Assembly: GCA_965221775.1 (NCBI GenBank)
Contig: CBDCSU010000005.1
Coordinates: 992,001-1,056,000, forward strand
Source of the DNA: Candidatus Latescibacterota bacterium
Lineage (GTDB): Bacteria; Latescibacterota; UBA2968; UBA8231
Reading direction: 5' to 3'
Length of the DNA stretch: 64,000 nucleotides
This document shows positions 10,259-20,048 of this stretch, piece by piece. Numbering within the stretch: the first letter of the stretch is position 1; each line of letters begins with the position of its first letter. The position numbers and the translations under genes are program-made. The notes beneath the pieces are model-generated. The model did not search any database. It was not told the origin of the DNA and worked only from the letters and a program-made list of their open reading frames with translations.

Positions 10259-11062
10259 CTACACCCGCCCCGGGTAGGAGCGGCCCCGCACCTGCCTGAA
10301 GGGCGGCTGCTTCGGCGCGCTGGTGACGGACTCGTCCTTCCACGACGTGGCCCGCATGTAGTGCACGGCGTAGCCGCGGCGGCGGCGGCCGGAGGTGTTG
10401 GCGCCGCTGCGGTGGACGGTGAGGCTGTGGTGGAAGCTGACGCTGCCCGGCCTCAGGGGCACGGCCACCGGCGTCCACGGCTCGCGGCCGAAGTCCTCGT
10501 GGAAGGTCCGCAGGCGCGGGCGCTGCATCATCCCCCAGCGATGGGTCCCGGGCACGAACTCCAGGCAGCCGTTGGCGTGGTCGGCCTCGTCGATCGCCGT
10601 CCACGACGAGACCAGGTCCATGGGGAAGATGTCGTGCCACGAGGCCGAGTCCTGGTGCCAGGGCTGCTCGGCGCCGACCTCGGGGGGCTTCATGAAGAGC
10701 TGGTCGCCGTAGAGCTTGATGTCCTCCGTGCCGAGGAGGTCGGCGATGATGTCGACGATCTTCGGGTTGCTCGCGTGCGCCCACATGACTTCGTCCTGCA
10801 CGGCGACCTGGTGGAGCTTGCGCACCGCCAGCACCCGGTCCCCGACCTCCGCCTCCCCCTCCCGGTAGATGCGCTCCAGCTGGACTCCCCCGGAGACGTG
10901 CTCCGCCTCCCCCGCGGCGATCAGGTCGGCGCGCGCCGACACGGCCTCCACCTCCCCGGGCGCCAGCAGATCCTCCACCACCAGGAAGCCGTTCACCACG
11001 AAGCGCGTGACCTGGTCCTCCGTCAGCGCCCTGAGAGTCCTTCCTTCCGCCGTGATCCTCAT
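10259..11062 (-). CDS. Phytanoyl-CoA dioxygenase (PhyH) family Fe(II)/2OG oxygenase
   Basis: KPP..G, WHQD, NGCL..VPGTH and HHSLTVHRS..N.S..RR motifs. Confidence 0.9.
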   Translation of the reverse strand: MRITAEGRTLRALTEDQVTRFVVNGFLVVEDLLAPGEVEAVSARADLIAAGEAEHVSGGVQLERIYREGEAEVGDRVLAVRKLHQVAVQDEVMWAHASNPKIVDIIADLLGTEDIKLYGDQLFMKPPEVGAEQPWHQDSASWHDIFPMDLVSSWTAIDEADHANGCLEFVPGTHRWGMMQRPRLRTFHEDFGREPWTPVAVPLRPGSVSFHHSLTVHRSGANTSGRRRRGYAVHYMRATSWKDESVTSAPKQPPFRQVRGRSYPGRV

Positions 11063-11209
11063 GTCGTCTCCATGGCCGCGGCCTGGCGGCCGGCTTCGGG
11101 TTGCCGGCGCACTAAGAAGGGCCGGGGCGGGATCGCGTCAAATCGGCTGAGGCCGGGTCCGGGATTGGGCCGGTCCCTGACTTCCGGGATCGTCTGAGAA
11201 CCGCGCCTC

Positions 11210-13111
11210 ATGCCGAGACCTGACCTCGAGTACTGGAACCGCCGCACGAGTATCGGCCCCATCGCCGCCAACCTGCGCTGGGCCTGGAGCCAGGCCTGGG
11301 CCCATGGCAGATCGGCGGCCCTCGGGGTGTTCGCCGTCCAGCTCCTGCTCGGCCTGCAGCCGGCCCTGCTCATCCACGTGACGCGGAACCTCGTCGACAC
11401 GGTGGCCGCCGCCGCGGGCGGCGGTTCGGCCGGCTTCGGGGACGCCCTCCCCTGGCTGATCGCCTTCGGCCTGCTGCAACTGCTCACCTTCGAGGTCCTG
11501 TGGCCCGTGCGCGACACCCTCCACCTGCGGCTGGAGCAGAGCCTCGCCCACGTCCTGGGCCGCCGTCTGCTGACGAAGTCGTCGCGGCTGCCGCTGCTGT
11601 TCTTCGAAGCCAGCGAGAGCTACGACCGCCTGGAGCGCGCCGGGAACCCGGGGCGCAAGGTCAGCCGGCTGCTGTTCTCCGCCATGCAGTTCTTCCAGAG
11701 CCTGGTCACGGCGGTCTCGGTGGCGGCCATGTTCGCGCCCGTCAGCCCCTGGATCTCGCTGGCCCTGCTGGCGGTGCTGGTGCCCCAAGTGCGGCTGGAG
11801 ATCGAGGAGAGCCGCAAGTTCATGGGCTTCACCTACGGCGAGACCCCGGAGGAGCGCCGCGCCGGGTACGTGGACCGCATCCTCACCGGGCGGGGGGAGC
11901 AGAAGGAGATGCGCCTCTTCGCCCTCCACGCCCCGCTCGCCGAGCGCTGGCGGGGCATGCGCCAGGTGTTGCGCGAGCGGCTCTTCGAGCAGCGCCGACG
12001 CCAGATCCTGGGCGTGCTCCCGGGCACCGGCCTGCGCATCGCCGTGGGGGTCGGTGTCGCCGGGGTCCTGGCGTACCTGCTCGGCGGCCGGGTCCTCACT
12101 CCCGGAGCCTTCGTCGCCCTCTTCCAGGGGGTGGACGACATGTTCCAGGCCGGCGGCGGTCTCGGCTACAACTCCAGGGAGCTGCAGGGCCAGTCCGCCG
12201 AGGTCGGGTACGTGCGCGAGTTCCTCGATCTGGCGGAGGAGGCCGGCGCCGCCGCGGCCCCCGCCGGGCCGTCCGGCAGCGCTGCCTTCCCGCGGCCTCT
12301 GCGCCAGGGGATCGAGGTCGAGGGCGTCCACTTCGCCTACCCGCCATCCGCCTCCGGCCAGGAGGCCCCGGCCGTGCTGCAGGGCGTCGATCTCCACCTG
12401 GCCCCGGGAGAGCGGGTCGCCCTCGTGGGCGAGAACGGATCCGGCAAGTCGACGCTGGCCAAGATCCTCCTGGGCCTGTATCCGCCCACGGCCGGCCGCG
12501 TCCTGGCCGACGGCCGCGACTACGGCGAGATCGACCCCGGGAGCCTGACCGGCGCCGTGAGCGCCGCCTTCCAGGACTTCCACAGGTTCGAGCTGACCCT
12601 CGGGCAGTCGATCGGCATCGCCGCCCCGGCATCGAGCGCGGAGGGACCCGCCTCCGACCTGTGGCCCCGGTGGCTGCAACCCGACCCGTCGGTGGTCGCC
12701 GACGCGGCGCGGCGCTCCGGCGCCGAGGAGCTGGCCCAACGCCTGCCGGACGGGTACGAGACCCCCGTCGGGCACGTCCTCGACGGCGGCCAGGGTCTCT
12801 CCGGCGGCGAGTGGCAGCGGGTCGCCATCGCCCGCGCCTTCACCCGCGACCCGGAGCTGCTCATCCTCGACGAGCCGGCGGCCTCTCTCGACGCCATGGC
12901 GGAAGCCGAACTCTACCGGCAGTTCGCCGAGCTTCTGGAGGGGCGCACGGCCCTGCTCATCAGCCACCGCCTCGGGTCGGCGCGCATGGCCGACCGCATC
13001 CTCGTGCTGCGGCAGGGCCGCATCGTCGAGGAGGGCCGCCACGACGAGTTGCTGGCGGCGCGGGGGGTGTACGCCGCCATGTGGGAGGAACAGGCGTCGT
13101 GGTACCGGTAG
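11210..13111 (+). CDS. ABC exporter, fused permease/ATPase
   Basis: N-terminal TM helices, GENGSGKST, LSGGEWQR and ILDEP motifs. Confidence 0.9.
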   Translation: MPRPDLEYWNRRTSIGPIAANLRWAWSQAWAHGRSAALGVFAVQLLLGLQPALLIHVTRNLVDTVAAAAGGGSAGFGDALPWLIAFGLLQLLTFEVLWPVRDTLHLRLEQSLAHVLGRRLLTKSSRLPLLFFEASESYDRLERAGNPGRKVSRLLFSAMQFFQSLVTAVSVAAMFAPVSPWISLALLAVLVPQVRLEIEESRKFMGFTYGETPEERRAGYVDRILTGRGEQKEMRLFALHAPLAERWRGMRQVLRERLFEQRRRQILGVLPGTGLRIAVGVGVAGVLAYLLGGRVLTPGAFVALFQGVDDMFQAGGGLGYNSRELQGQSAEVGYVREFLDLAEEAGAAAAPAGPSGSAAFPRPLRQGIEVEGVHFAYPPSASGQEAPAVLQGVDLHLAPGERVALVGENGSGKSTLAKILLGLYPPTAGRVLADGRDYGEIDPGSLTGAVSAAFQDFHRFELTLGQSIGIAAPASSAEGPASDLWPRWLQPDPSVVADAARRSGAEELAQRLPDGYETPVGHVLDGGQGLSGGEWQRVAIARAFTRDPELLILDEPAASLDAMAEAELYRQFAELLEGRTALLISHRLGSARMADRILVLRQGRIVEEGRHDELLAARGVYAAMWEEQASWYR

Positions 13112-14916
13112 CGCCCGACCCGATTCTCCGGCGCCCGCCGGCGCCGCGGACCTTCCTCCGCTTCCTGGTGTGGATGGTCCGCACCGACCCCTGGCGCGCC
13201 GCCGCCTCGCTGGGGCTGCAGTTCACCGCCGGCCTGCTGCCGGCAGCGATGGTGTGGGTCGTGCGCGAACTCTTCGACCGCGGCCTCCACGTCTACGAGG
13301 GCCGGCTTCCCGTCGAGGCCATGCTCCCGTGGCTGGCCCTGTGGGCGGCGGCAACCCTGGCCGAGACCGGCATCCAGCAGTGGTCGAGGACGGTCCTGCT
13401 CGAACGGCTGAAGCAGGAGATGGAGGACCGGCTCCTGGAGCAGCTGCAGGCCAAGTCCCGGTCCCTCCGCCTGGAGGTCTTCGAGCGCGCCGACTTCCAC
13501 GATCTCCTGGGCCGCGCCCGCGAGGCCGCCACCCCCGGCTTCTTCCTCAACGTCCTCGGCGCCACCTACGCCATCATCACGGGAGCGCTGACCGTTGTCT
13601 CCGTGGCCGTCGTCGTGGGACTCTGGGACCCGCTCCTGCTCCTGGCCGTCGTTCTCGTCTCGCTGCCGCCGCCGCTGGCCGGCATGGTCCACAACCTGCA
13701 CCAGTTCTACCTGCATCGGGAGCAGACGCAGGCGCAGCGGCTTCGCGGCTACCTGGAGGGGACGCTCACCGGACGGGGCGCCGCCAAGGAGGTGCGGGTC
13801 TTCGGCCTGGGCCCGGCCCTGATCGGCTGGTGGGAGCACCTCTACTGGAGGGTGGCCGCGGCGGTCTACCGGCAGCGGCGCCGGCACGAGGCCGTGGGCG
13901 GGTCCCTTGCCGCCTTCAGCCTTGCGGCCCTGGGCGCCGCCGTCGGCTGGTCGGCCTGGGCGGTGCTGGAGGGCGGTCTGTCGGCCGGACAGTTCGCCGC
14001 CATGATCGTCGCCCTGCGCCAGGTGCGGCTCGGCGTCGCCCGGCTCGTCAACCGCATGAGCTTCCTGGCGGTGCGGCTGCTCAACATCGCCGACCTCTTC
14101 ATCTACCTGGACCTCGGTCCCGAGGAGCCCCGGGGAGGCAGCGACATCGGCCCCCTCGACAGGACGCCGATCGCCGCGCGGGGCCTCTCCTTCCAGTATC
14201 CCCAGGCCGAGCGCCCCGCCCTCGAGGAGATCACCTGCACCATCCGGCCCGGCGAGCGCGTCGCCCTGGTGGGCGCCAACGGCGCCGGCAAGACCACCCT
14301 CGTCAAGATCCTCCTGGGGCTGTTCCGGCCCACCGCGGGCGAACTGAGGTACGGCGGCCTCGAGGCGGATCAGGTGGACCGCGGCCAACTGCGGGACCAG
14401 TCGGCCGCCGTCTTTCAGGACTACACCCGCTTCGCCTTCAGCCTCGGCGAGAACATCGGCTTCGGCCGCAGCGAGAGGATGGGGGAGCGCCGCGAGATCG
14501 AGGAAGCCGCGCGCCAGGGCGGGGCCGACACCGTCGCCGGGGGCCTGCCCGAGGGCTACGACACCCTGCTCACGCGCGAGTTCGAAGGCGGCACGGAGCT
14601 GTCCGGCGGCCAGTGGCAGCGCGTCGCCATCTCCCGCGGGTTCATGCGCCGGGCGGACCTCGTCGTCCTCGACGAGCCGACCGCTTCCCTGGACCCGCAG
14701 GCCGAGGCCGACGTCTTCCGCCGCTTCCTGTCCATGTCCGGAGGCAGGACCACCATCGTCGTCTCCCATCGGCTGGGCTCGGCGCGCCTGTGCGACCGGG
14801 TCCTGGTGCTGAAGGAGGGCCGCCTGGTCGAGGACGGCACCCACGACGAGCTGGTCTCCCGGGGTGGGGAGTACGCGCGCATGTGGGATCTGCAGGCGGG
14901 GTGGTATGGCCGGTGA
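13099..14916 (+). CDS. ABC exporter, fused permease/ATPase (paralog, probable heterodimer partner)
   Basis: GTG at 13099 after GGAGGA, overlapping the upstream stop. GANGAGKTT, LSGGQWQR and VLDEPT motifs. Confidence 0.88.
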   Translation: MVPVAPDPILRRPPAPRTFLRFLVWMVRTDPWRAAASLGLQFTAGLLPAAMVWVVRELFDRGLHVYEGRLPVEAMLPWLALWAAATLAETGIQQWSRTVLLERLKQEMEDRLLEQLQAKSRSLRLEVFERADFHDLLGRAREAATPGFFLNVLGATYAIITGALTVVSVAVVVGLWDPLLLLAVVLVSLPPPLAGMVHNLHQFYLHREQTQAQRLRGYLEGTLTGRGAAKEVRVFGLGPALIGWWEHLYWRVAAAVYRQRRRHEAVGGSLAAFSLAALGAAVGWSAWAVLEGGLSAGQFAAMIVALRQVRLGVARLVNRMSFLAVRLLNIADLFIYLDLGPEEPRGGSDIGPLDRTPIAARGLSFQYPQAERPALEEITCTIRPGERVALVGANGAGKTTLVKILLGLFRPTAGELRYGGLEADQVDRGQLRDQSAAVFQDYTRFAFSLGENIGFGRSERMGERREIEEAARQGGADTVAGGLPEGYDTLLTREFEGGTELSGGQWQRVAISRGFMRRADLVVLDEPTASLDPQAEADVFRRFLSMSGGRTTIVVSHRLGSARLCDRVLVLKEGRLVEDGTHDELVSRGGEYARMWDLQAGWYGR

Positions 14917-15021
14917 TCCCGGGGAATGCTGCAGGCACGAATTGACAATGGAAATTTTGCCAAATTTGCCATTGCCAGAATTACTCTCCGGCATGCCACG
15001 AGGGCGCATCTGGGCGAGGAC

Positions 15022-16688
15022 ATGAAAACAGGCGGGATCACCACGTCCCTGAAGCAACAGGTACACCGTCTCCTGACCGGGGCCGGCGGCGGCGACCTCC
15101 GCCGCCGAGCCGCGTGCTGCGGCATCCCCCTCCTGGTGATCGCGGCTTCCCTCGGCCTGGGGGTCTGGACCTTCGACTCCAAGCTCTCTCTGAGCGGCGA
15201 CAACGCCGCCTTCATCATCCAGGCCCGCAGTCTGGCCCAGGGACAGGGCCTGTCCCACATCAACTCCCCGGACCCACGGCCATCGACCCAGGTTCCCTTC
15301 GGCTTTCCCCTCCTCCTGGCTCCCCTGGCATGGGCCTTCCGGATGACTGGGTGCCCATGAAGCACCTGGTACTGGCCCTGTTCGCGCTGGGGATGGGCGT
15401 GCTCTACCAGCTGGCCAGGGAGCGGGTGGGCGTCGTGCCCTCCCTTGCGGTGGTGGCCTTGAGCGTGATGGCCGGCAAGAGCTATCTGACCCACGGGGAG
15501 GCCGGCGAGATCTTCGGCCCGACTCTACTCCACTACGCACACCAAGTCATGTCCGAGATCCCCTTTCTCACCTTTTCCCTCCTCGCCCTGTGGCTCGTTG
15601 ACCGGGGAGTCAAGCGGGACGGCATCAGGGACAACGGGTGGCTCCTGGGCGGTATGGCCTGCACCATCTGGGCCTACTACGTCCGTACGGCCGGGATTTC
15701 GCTGGCCGCGGCCCTGGCGGCCCATCTGATCCTCCGGCGCGATTACCGGCGCTGCCTCCTCTTCGTGGGCGCGGCACTCATCTGCTGGTTGCCGTGGACA
15801 CTGCGCAACCAGGCGGTTGGCGGCGGAGGCGTGTATCTCAAGCAGCTCTTCATGGTCAACCCCTACCGTCCGGATCGGGGCTGGCTCGACCTTCCCGGAT
15901 TCCTCGAGCGTTTCATCGGACATTCCGATCGCTATCTGAGGGCCTGGCCCGAGTTACTGATCCCTTCCTTCGGGGGCACGGATACCATCCTCCATCCCGC
16001 GCCCCTGCTGCTGATCGTGCTGGCCGTCGCCGCCACGGTGCTCTGCATCCGGCGAGGCGAGCACCTGCTGCTTCTGTATGCGGCCTTCTACATGGGCATG
16101 GTGTTGGTGTGGCCCTGGCTGGGGGAACGCTTCCTGGTGCCCATCCTTCCCGTGGTTGTCCTGCTGGGGATCTGGACGGTGCTGCAGGTTCGCGACCGGC
16201 TGGCGTTGATGGGCAGGGCGGCCCACCATGCGAGCCGGCTCGCGGTATGGGGATGTCTGGCAGCCTGGCTCATCGCCCATGCAGGCGGCGTCATCCGGCT
16301 GGCCGACTACGCCGCCGGCGACTACCCGCCCAACTGGCAAGGCTACTACGAGGCCGGGGAATGGCTCGAGAGCAACACCCCGGAAGATTCCATCGTTCTT
16401 TGCCGGAAAGGCTTCTGGATGCACGTCGTCTCCGGACGGCGAACCACCGGGTTCCCCTTCGACGAGCCGGCAGCGGTACTCGCCCATATGGAGCGCGAGG
16501 GGGTGGACTACGTCGTCGTGGAGAGCCTGGGTTTCAGGCAGACCCACGCCTACCTTGGTCCGGCGATCCTCGAGTACGCGGACCGCTTTCAGGTGGTGTG
16601 GTACGATCATGCCGTTCCGACGACGCACGGCCTCGTCGAGACCGATGGGTTCGCCGTGGTGCTGCGCTTTCTCCCACCCACCCCATGA
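15022..16688 (+). pseudogene. GT-C (ArnT/PMT-like) membrane glycosyltransferase with a single-base frameshift near 15340
   Basis: Two overlapping ORFs together match paralog 16776..18413. This copy reads gccttccggatgac where the paralog reads gccttcccggatgac (one C fewer). May be a sequencing error. Confidence 0.75.
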
Positions 16689-16698
16689 GACTTCTCTC

Positions 16699-16779
16699 AT
16701 GATGCTGGAGCAGGACATGCGCCACCTCCTGGCCGTATCGGCCGACGGCGACCTCCTCCGCCGGGCCGTGGACCGATGA
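16699..16779 (+). pseudogene. Truncated copy of the K+ channel N-terminus
   Basis: MMLEQDMRHLLAVSADGDLLRRAVDR* compared with the channel's MPLKQHVHHLLAVSADGDLRSRAVDL. Confidence 0.75.
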
Positions 16780-18413
16780 AGTCCCGGAGGAAGAGATCAG
16801 GCGAGACCCCCCGCCGGGAGCCCAAGCCGGATACCTCCCGGACGCCTCATTGGTGGGAGACGTCAAGGGCGCGCTACGGCATCCCCCTCTTCGTGATCGC
16901 GGCTTCCCTCGGCCTGGGGGTCTGGACCTTCGACTCCAAGCTCTCCCTGAGCGGCGACAACGCCGAGTACATCGTCCTCGCCCGCAGCCTCGCCCAGGGA
17001 GAAGGCCTTACCTACCTCCACTCCCCGGAGCCGGGACCCGCGACCAAGTTCCCCTTCGGCTTCCCCCTGCTGCTGGCCCCCCTGGCATGGGCCTTCCCGG
17101 ATGACTGGGTGCCCATGAAGGCCCTCGTGCTGGCCTTGTTCGCACTGGGGATGGGCGTGCTCTACCAGTTGGCCAGGGAGCGGGTGGGCGTCTGGCCCGG
17201 CCTGGCGGTGGTGGCCCTGAGCCTGCTGGCGGGCAAGAGCTACCTGACCGAAGGGGCGGCCGGCGAGACACACGGCCCGACTCTGCTCCACTACGCGCAC
17301 CAAGTCATGTCCGAAGTCCCCTACCTGACCTTTTCTCTCCTCGCCCTCTGGCTCGTCGACCTGGGAGTCGGGCGCGAGGGCCTCAGGGGGAACTGGCGGT
17401 TCCTGGGCGGCATGGCCTGCGCCATCTGGGCCTGCTGCATCCGCACCTCCGCGATCGCCCTGGTGGCGGCCGTGGCCGCCCATCTTCTCCTCCGGCGAGA
17501 CTTCCGGCGCTGTCTCGTCTTCGTGGGTGCGACCTGCCTGTGCCTCTTGCCCTGGACACTGCGCAACCAGGCGGTGGGCGGCGGAGGCGTCTATCTCAAG
17601 CAGCTCTTCATGGTCAACCCCTACTATCCGGAGCAGGGCTGGCTCGACCTGCCCGGCTTCCTCGAGCGCTTCATCGGACATTCCGATCGCTACCTGAGGG
17701 GATGGGCTGAAACCCTCGTGCCCTCCCTCAGTGGTACGGATACCATCCTCCACCCCGCACCCCTGTTGCTGCTGGTGCTGGCCACCGCCGCCACGGTGCT
17801 CTGCCTCCGGCGGGGCGAGCAGCTGCTCCTGCTCTACGCGGCCTTCTCCATGGGCATGTTGCTGCTGTGGTTCTGGCCAAGTGACCGCTTCCTGGTGCCC
17901 ATCCTTCCGGTAGTCCTCCTGCTGGGCGTCTGGACGGTCGTGCAGATCCAGGACCGGCTGGCGGCGTACGGCAGGGCTGAACGGTATGCAGCTCGACTCG
18001 TCGTATGGGGATGTCTGGTGGCGTGGTTCATCGCCCACGCGGGTGGCGCGAAACGCCTGGCCGACTACGCGGACGGAGACTACCCGCCGAACTGGCAGCG
18101 CTACTACGATGCCGGAAAATGGCTCGAGGCCAACGCCCCGGTAGAAGCCGTCGTTCTGTGCCGGAAGGGCTTCTGGATGCACGTCGTCTCCGGACGGCGA
18201 ACCACCGGGTTCCCCTACGACGAGCCGGCGGCGGTGCTCGCCCACATGGAGCGCGCGGGGGTGGACTACGTCGTCGTGGAGAGCCTGGGTTTCAGGCAGA
18301 CCGCCGACTACCTTGGTCCGGCCATCGGCGAGTACGCGGACCGCTTCCGGGTGGCGTGGTACGACCACGCCGAAGCGACGTATGTGCTGCAGTTCCTTCC
18401 ACCCACCCCATGA
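16776..18413 (+). CDS. GT-C (ArnT/PMT-like) membrane glycosyltransferase
   Basis: GDNAEYIVLARSLAQG, PFGFPLLLAP, MSEVPY, PWTLRN and RFLVPILP motifs. Many TM helices. Confidence 0.75.
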   Translation: MKSRRKRSGETPRREPKPDTSRTPHWWETSRARYGIPLFVIAASLGLGVWTFDSKLSLSGDNAEYIVLARSLAQGEGLTYLHSPEPGPATKFPFGFPLLLAPLAWAFPDDWVPMKALVLALFALGMGVLYQLARERVGVWPGLAVVALSLLAGKSYLTEGAAGETHGPTLLHYAHQVMSEVPYLTFSLLALWLVDLGVGREGLRGNWRFLGGMACAIWACCIRTSAIALVAAVAAHLLLRRDFRRCLVFVGATCLCLLPWTLRNQAVGGGGVYLKQLFMVNPYYPEQGWLDLPGFLERFIGHSDRYLRGWAETLVPSLSGTDTILHPAPLLLLVLATAATVLCLRRGEQLLLLYAAFSMGMLLLWFWPSDRFLVPILPVVLLLGVWTVVQIQDRLAAYGRAERYAARLVVWGCLVAWFIAHAGGAKRLADYADGDYPPNWQRYYDAGKWLEANAPVEAVVLCRKGFWMHVVSGRRTTGFPYDEPAAVLAHMERAGVDYVVVESLGFRQTADYLGPAIGEYADRFRVAWYDHAEATYVLQFLPPTP

Positions 18414-18420
18414 GGAACCC

Positions 18421-19215
18421 ATGCCGCTGAAGCAACATGTGCATCATCTCCTGGCCGTATCGGCCGACGGCGATCTCCGCAGCCGGGCCGTGGACCTCGG
18501 CATCCTGGGGTTGATCTTCCTCAACGTCGTGGCCCTCACCCTGGAGACGGTGGCCCCCATCCATGCCATGCACCCGGCCGCCTTCACCTGGTTCGAACGC
18601 ATCTCCCTGATCATCTTCACCATCGAGTACGGGCTGCGCCTGTGGTCGTGCACGGCGGATGCCAGGTTCCGCGGTCCCGTGCTCGGCCGGCTGCGGTTCG
18701 TCTTCACGCCCCTGGCCATCATCGACCTGCTGGCGATCCTGCCCCTCTTCCTGCCCCTCGTCGGGCTCGACCTGCGCTTCATGCGCATCGTGCGGCTGCT
18801 GCGGTTCTTCCGGCTGGCCAAGCTCTTCCGCTACTCTCGCGCGCTGAGGCTGCTCGGACGCGTCGTGCTGGGCAAGCGGGAGGAGCTGGCCAGCATCTTC
18901 ATCGTGCTCATCACCCTTCTGGTGATCGCGGCGTCGCTCATGTACTTCGTCGAGCACGACGACCAGCCGGAGAAGTTCTCCAGCATCCCGCAGACGATGT
19001 GGTGGGGGGTGATCACCCTGACCACCGTCGGCTACGGCGACTACTACCCGGTGACGGGGGCGGGCAAGTTCATCGCCGCCTGCATCGCCGTGCTCGGCAT
19101 CGGCATGTTCGCCCTGCCCGCGGGCCTGCTGGGGGCCGGCTTCGTCGACGAACTGCAGGGCCGCGACGGCGGCGAGCGGCACTGCCCCAACTGCGGGCAC
19201 AAGCTGGAGGACTAG
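18421..19215 (+). CDS. Voltage-gated K+ channel (Ion_trans)
   Basis: S4 segment RFMRIVRLLRFFRLAK, selectivity filter TTVGYGD, C-terminal CPNCG. Confidence 0.92.
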   Translation: MPLKQHVHHLLAVSADGDLRSRAVDLGILGLIFLNVVALTLETVAPIHAMHPAAFTWFERISLIIFTIEYGLRLWSCTADARFRGPVLGRLRFVFTPLAIIDLLAILPLFLPLVGLDLRFMRIVRLLRFFRLAKLFRYSRALRLLGRVVLGKREELASIFIVLITLLVIAASLMYFVEHDDQPEKFSSIPQTMWWGVITLTTVGYGDYYPVTGAGKFIAACIAVLGIGMFALPAGLLGAGFVDELQGRDGGERHCPNCGHKLED

Positions 19216-19225
19216 GGAGCCGGGT

Positions 19226-19702
19226 TCACCCGGAGCTTGTCGACGACTGCTGCTCCTGCAGGAACTGCAAGATCTCCGCGCGGACGGAACTCCAGGTCTG
19301 CGGCATCTCTGCCACCAACCAGGCCATGGGATCCCAGACGATGGAATTGACCGACGAATGACGGGAACGATGGCGGAAAGCAAGGTAGTCGCGCAGACGT
19401 TGCCTGGACTTCTCCGAGATCAGGGCCGGGCGTTTCTCGGTCTGGCCAGCGACCTGGTAGAGCAACTCCGTGTGCCAGCGACCACCCTCTGGCAGAGTTG
19501 GGTCATACGCCTTGACGATGTCCTCAAAAATCCGCTCAAGGCTGTTGTAGAACGAGTCCAGAACCGTCGTCAGGGCTGCCAGGCGCTCGAAGGATGGCTC
19601 CGAATCGACCGGGGTCTCCAGCAATGAAGAGGACCTGTGGAGCAACGCATCGATGTCTTGGAGCTGGCGGCCGATGAGCCGGCCGAGAGGGTCATCCGAC
19701 AT
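19226..19702 (-). CDS. HEPN (HepT-like) RNase toxin
   Basis: SFYNSLERIFE, WHTELL and RX4H motif RHRSRH. Overlaps the upstream MNT gene. Confidence 0.8.
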   Translation of the reverse strand: MSDDPLGRLIGRQLQDIDALLHRSSSLLETPVDSEPSFERLAALTTVLDSFYNSLERIFEDIVKAYDPTLPEGGRWHTELLYQVAGQTEKRPALISEKSRQRLRDYLAFRHRSRHSSVNSIVWDPMAWLVAEMPQTWSSVRAEILQFLQEQQSSTSSG

Positions 19703-19988
19703 GGACGAGTTGATCTTCCCGATCCAGGAACTCGGCAACTCGGAGCTCAAGGTCCAGGTCGACCAGATCCACCGGATGGGTGAGTTCATCCATCAGCCGC
19801 CCCAGCAGGCGATAGAAGTGCCTGGGCGGGCAGCCGCGCACTCCTATGTCGAGATCGGATCGCGACCGGAAGCTGCCGGAGGCCACCGAGCCAAAGACGA
19901 ACACATCCCCGCATCCCTCCTCCTTGCAGATCTCGACCGCGCGGGCTACATCGGCGCGGTACTCGTCGGGAATCGCTTTCGCCGGCAA
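19692..19988 (-). CDS. Minimal nucleotidyltransferase (MntA-like) antitoxin
   Basis: GS-X10-DXD motif (FGSVASGSFRSRSDLD) and VDLVDLD. Confidence 0.85.
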   Translation of the reverse strand: MPAKAIPDEYRADVARAVEICKEEGCGDVFVFGSVASGSFRSRSDLDIGVRGCPPRHFYRLLGRLMDELTHPVDLVDLDLELRVAEFLDREDQLVHVG

Positions 19989-20048
19989 CTGCCACCTCGC
20001 TTTCCTGGGGTACGCCGTCGCTCCGGGCTAGAATAGAAACCAACACCC

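Noticed and set aside
11500-13098. N-terminal half of the 1138-aa ORF
   Set aside because: It is a shadow frame over the first ABC gene. The real start is GTG at 13099 with an RBS.
12913-15540. Long antisense or alternate-frame ORFs (also 24712-27210, 31613-34006, 41850-44555 and others)
   Set aside because: Expected from stop-codon scarcity at high GC. They overlap well-supported genes and have no motifs.
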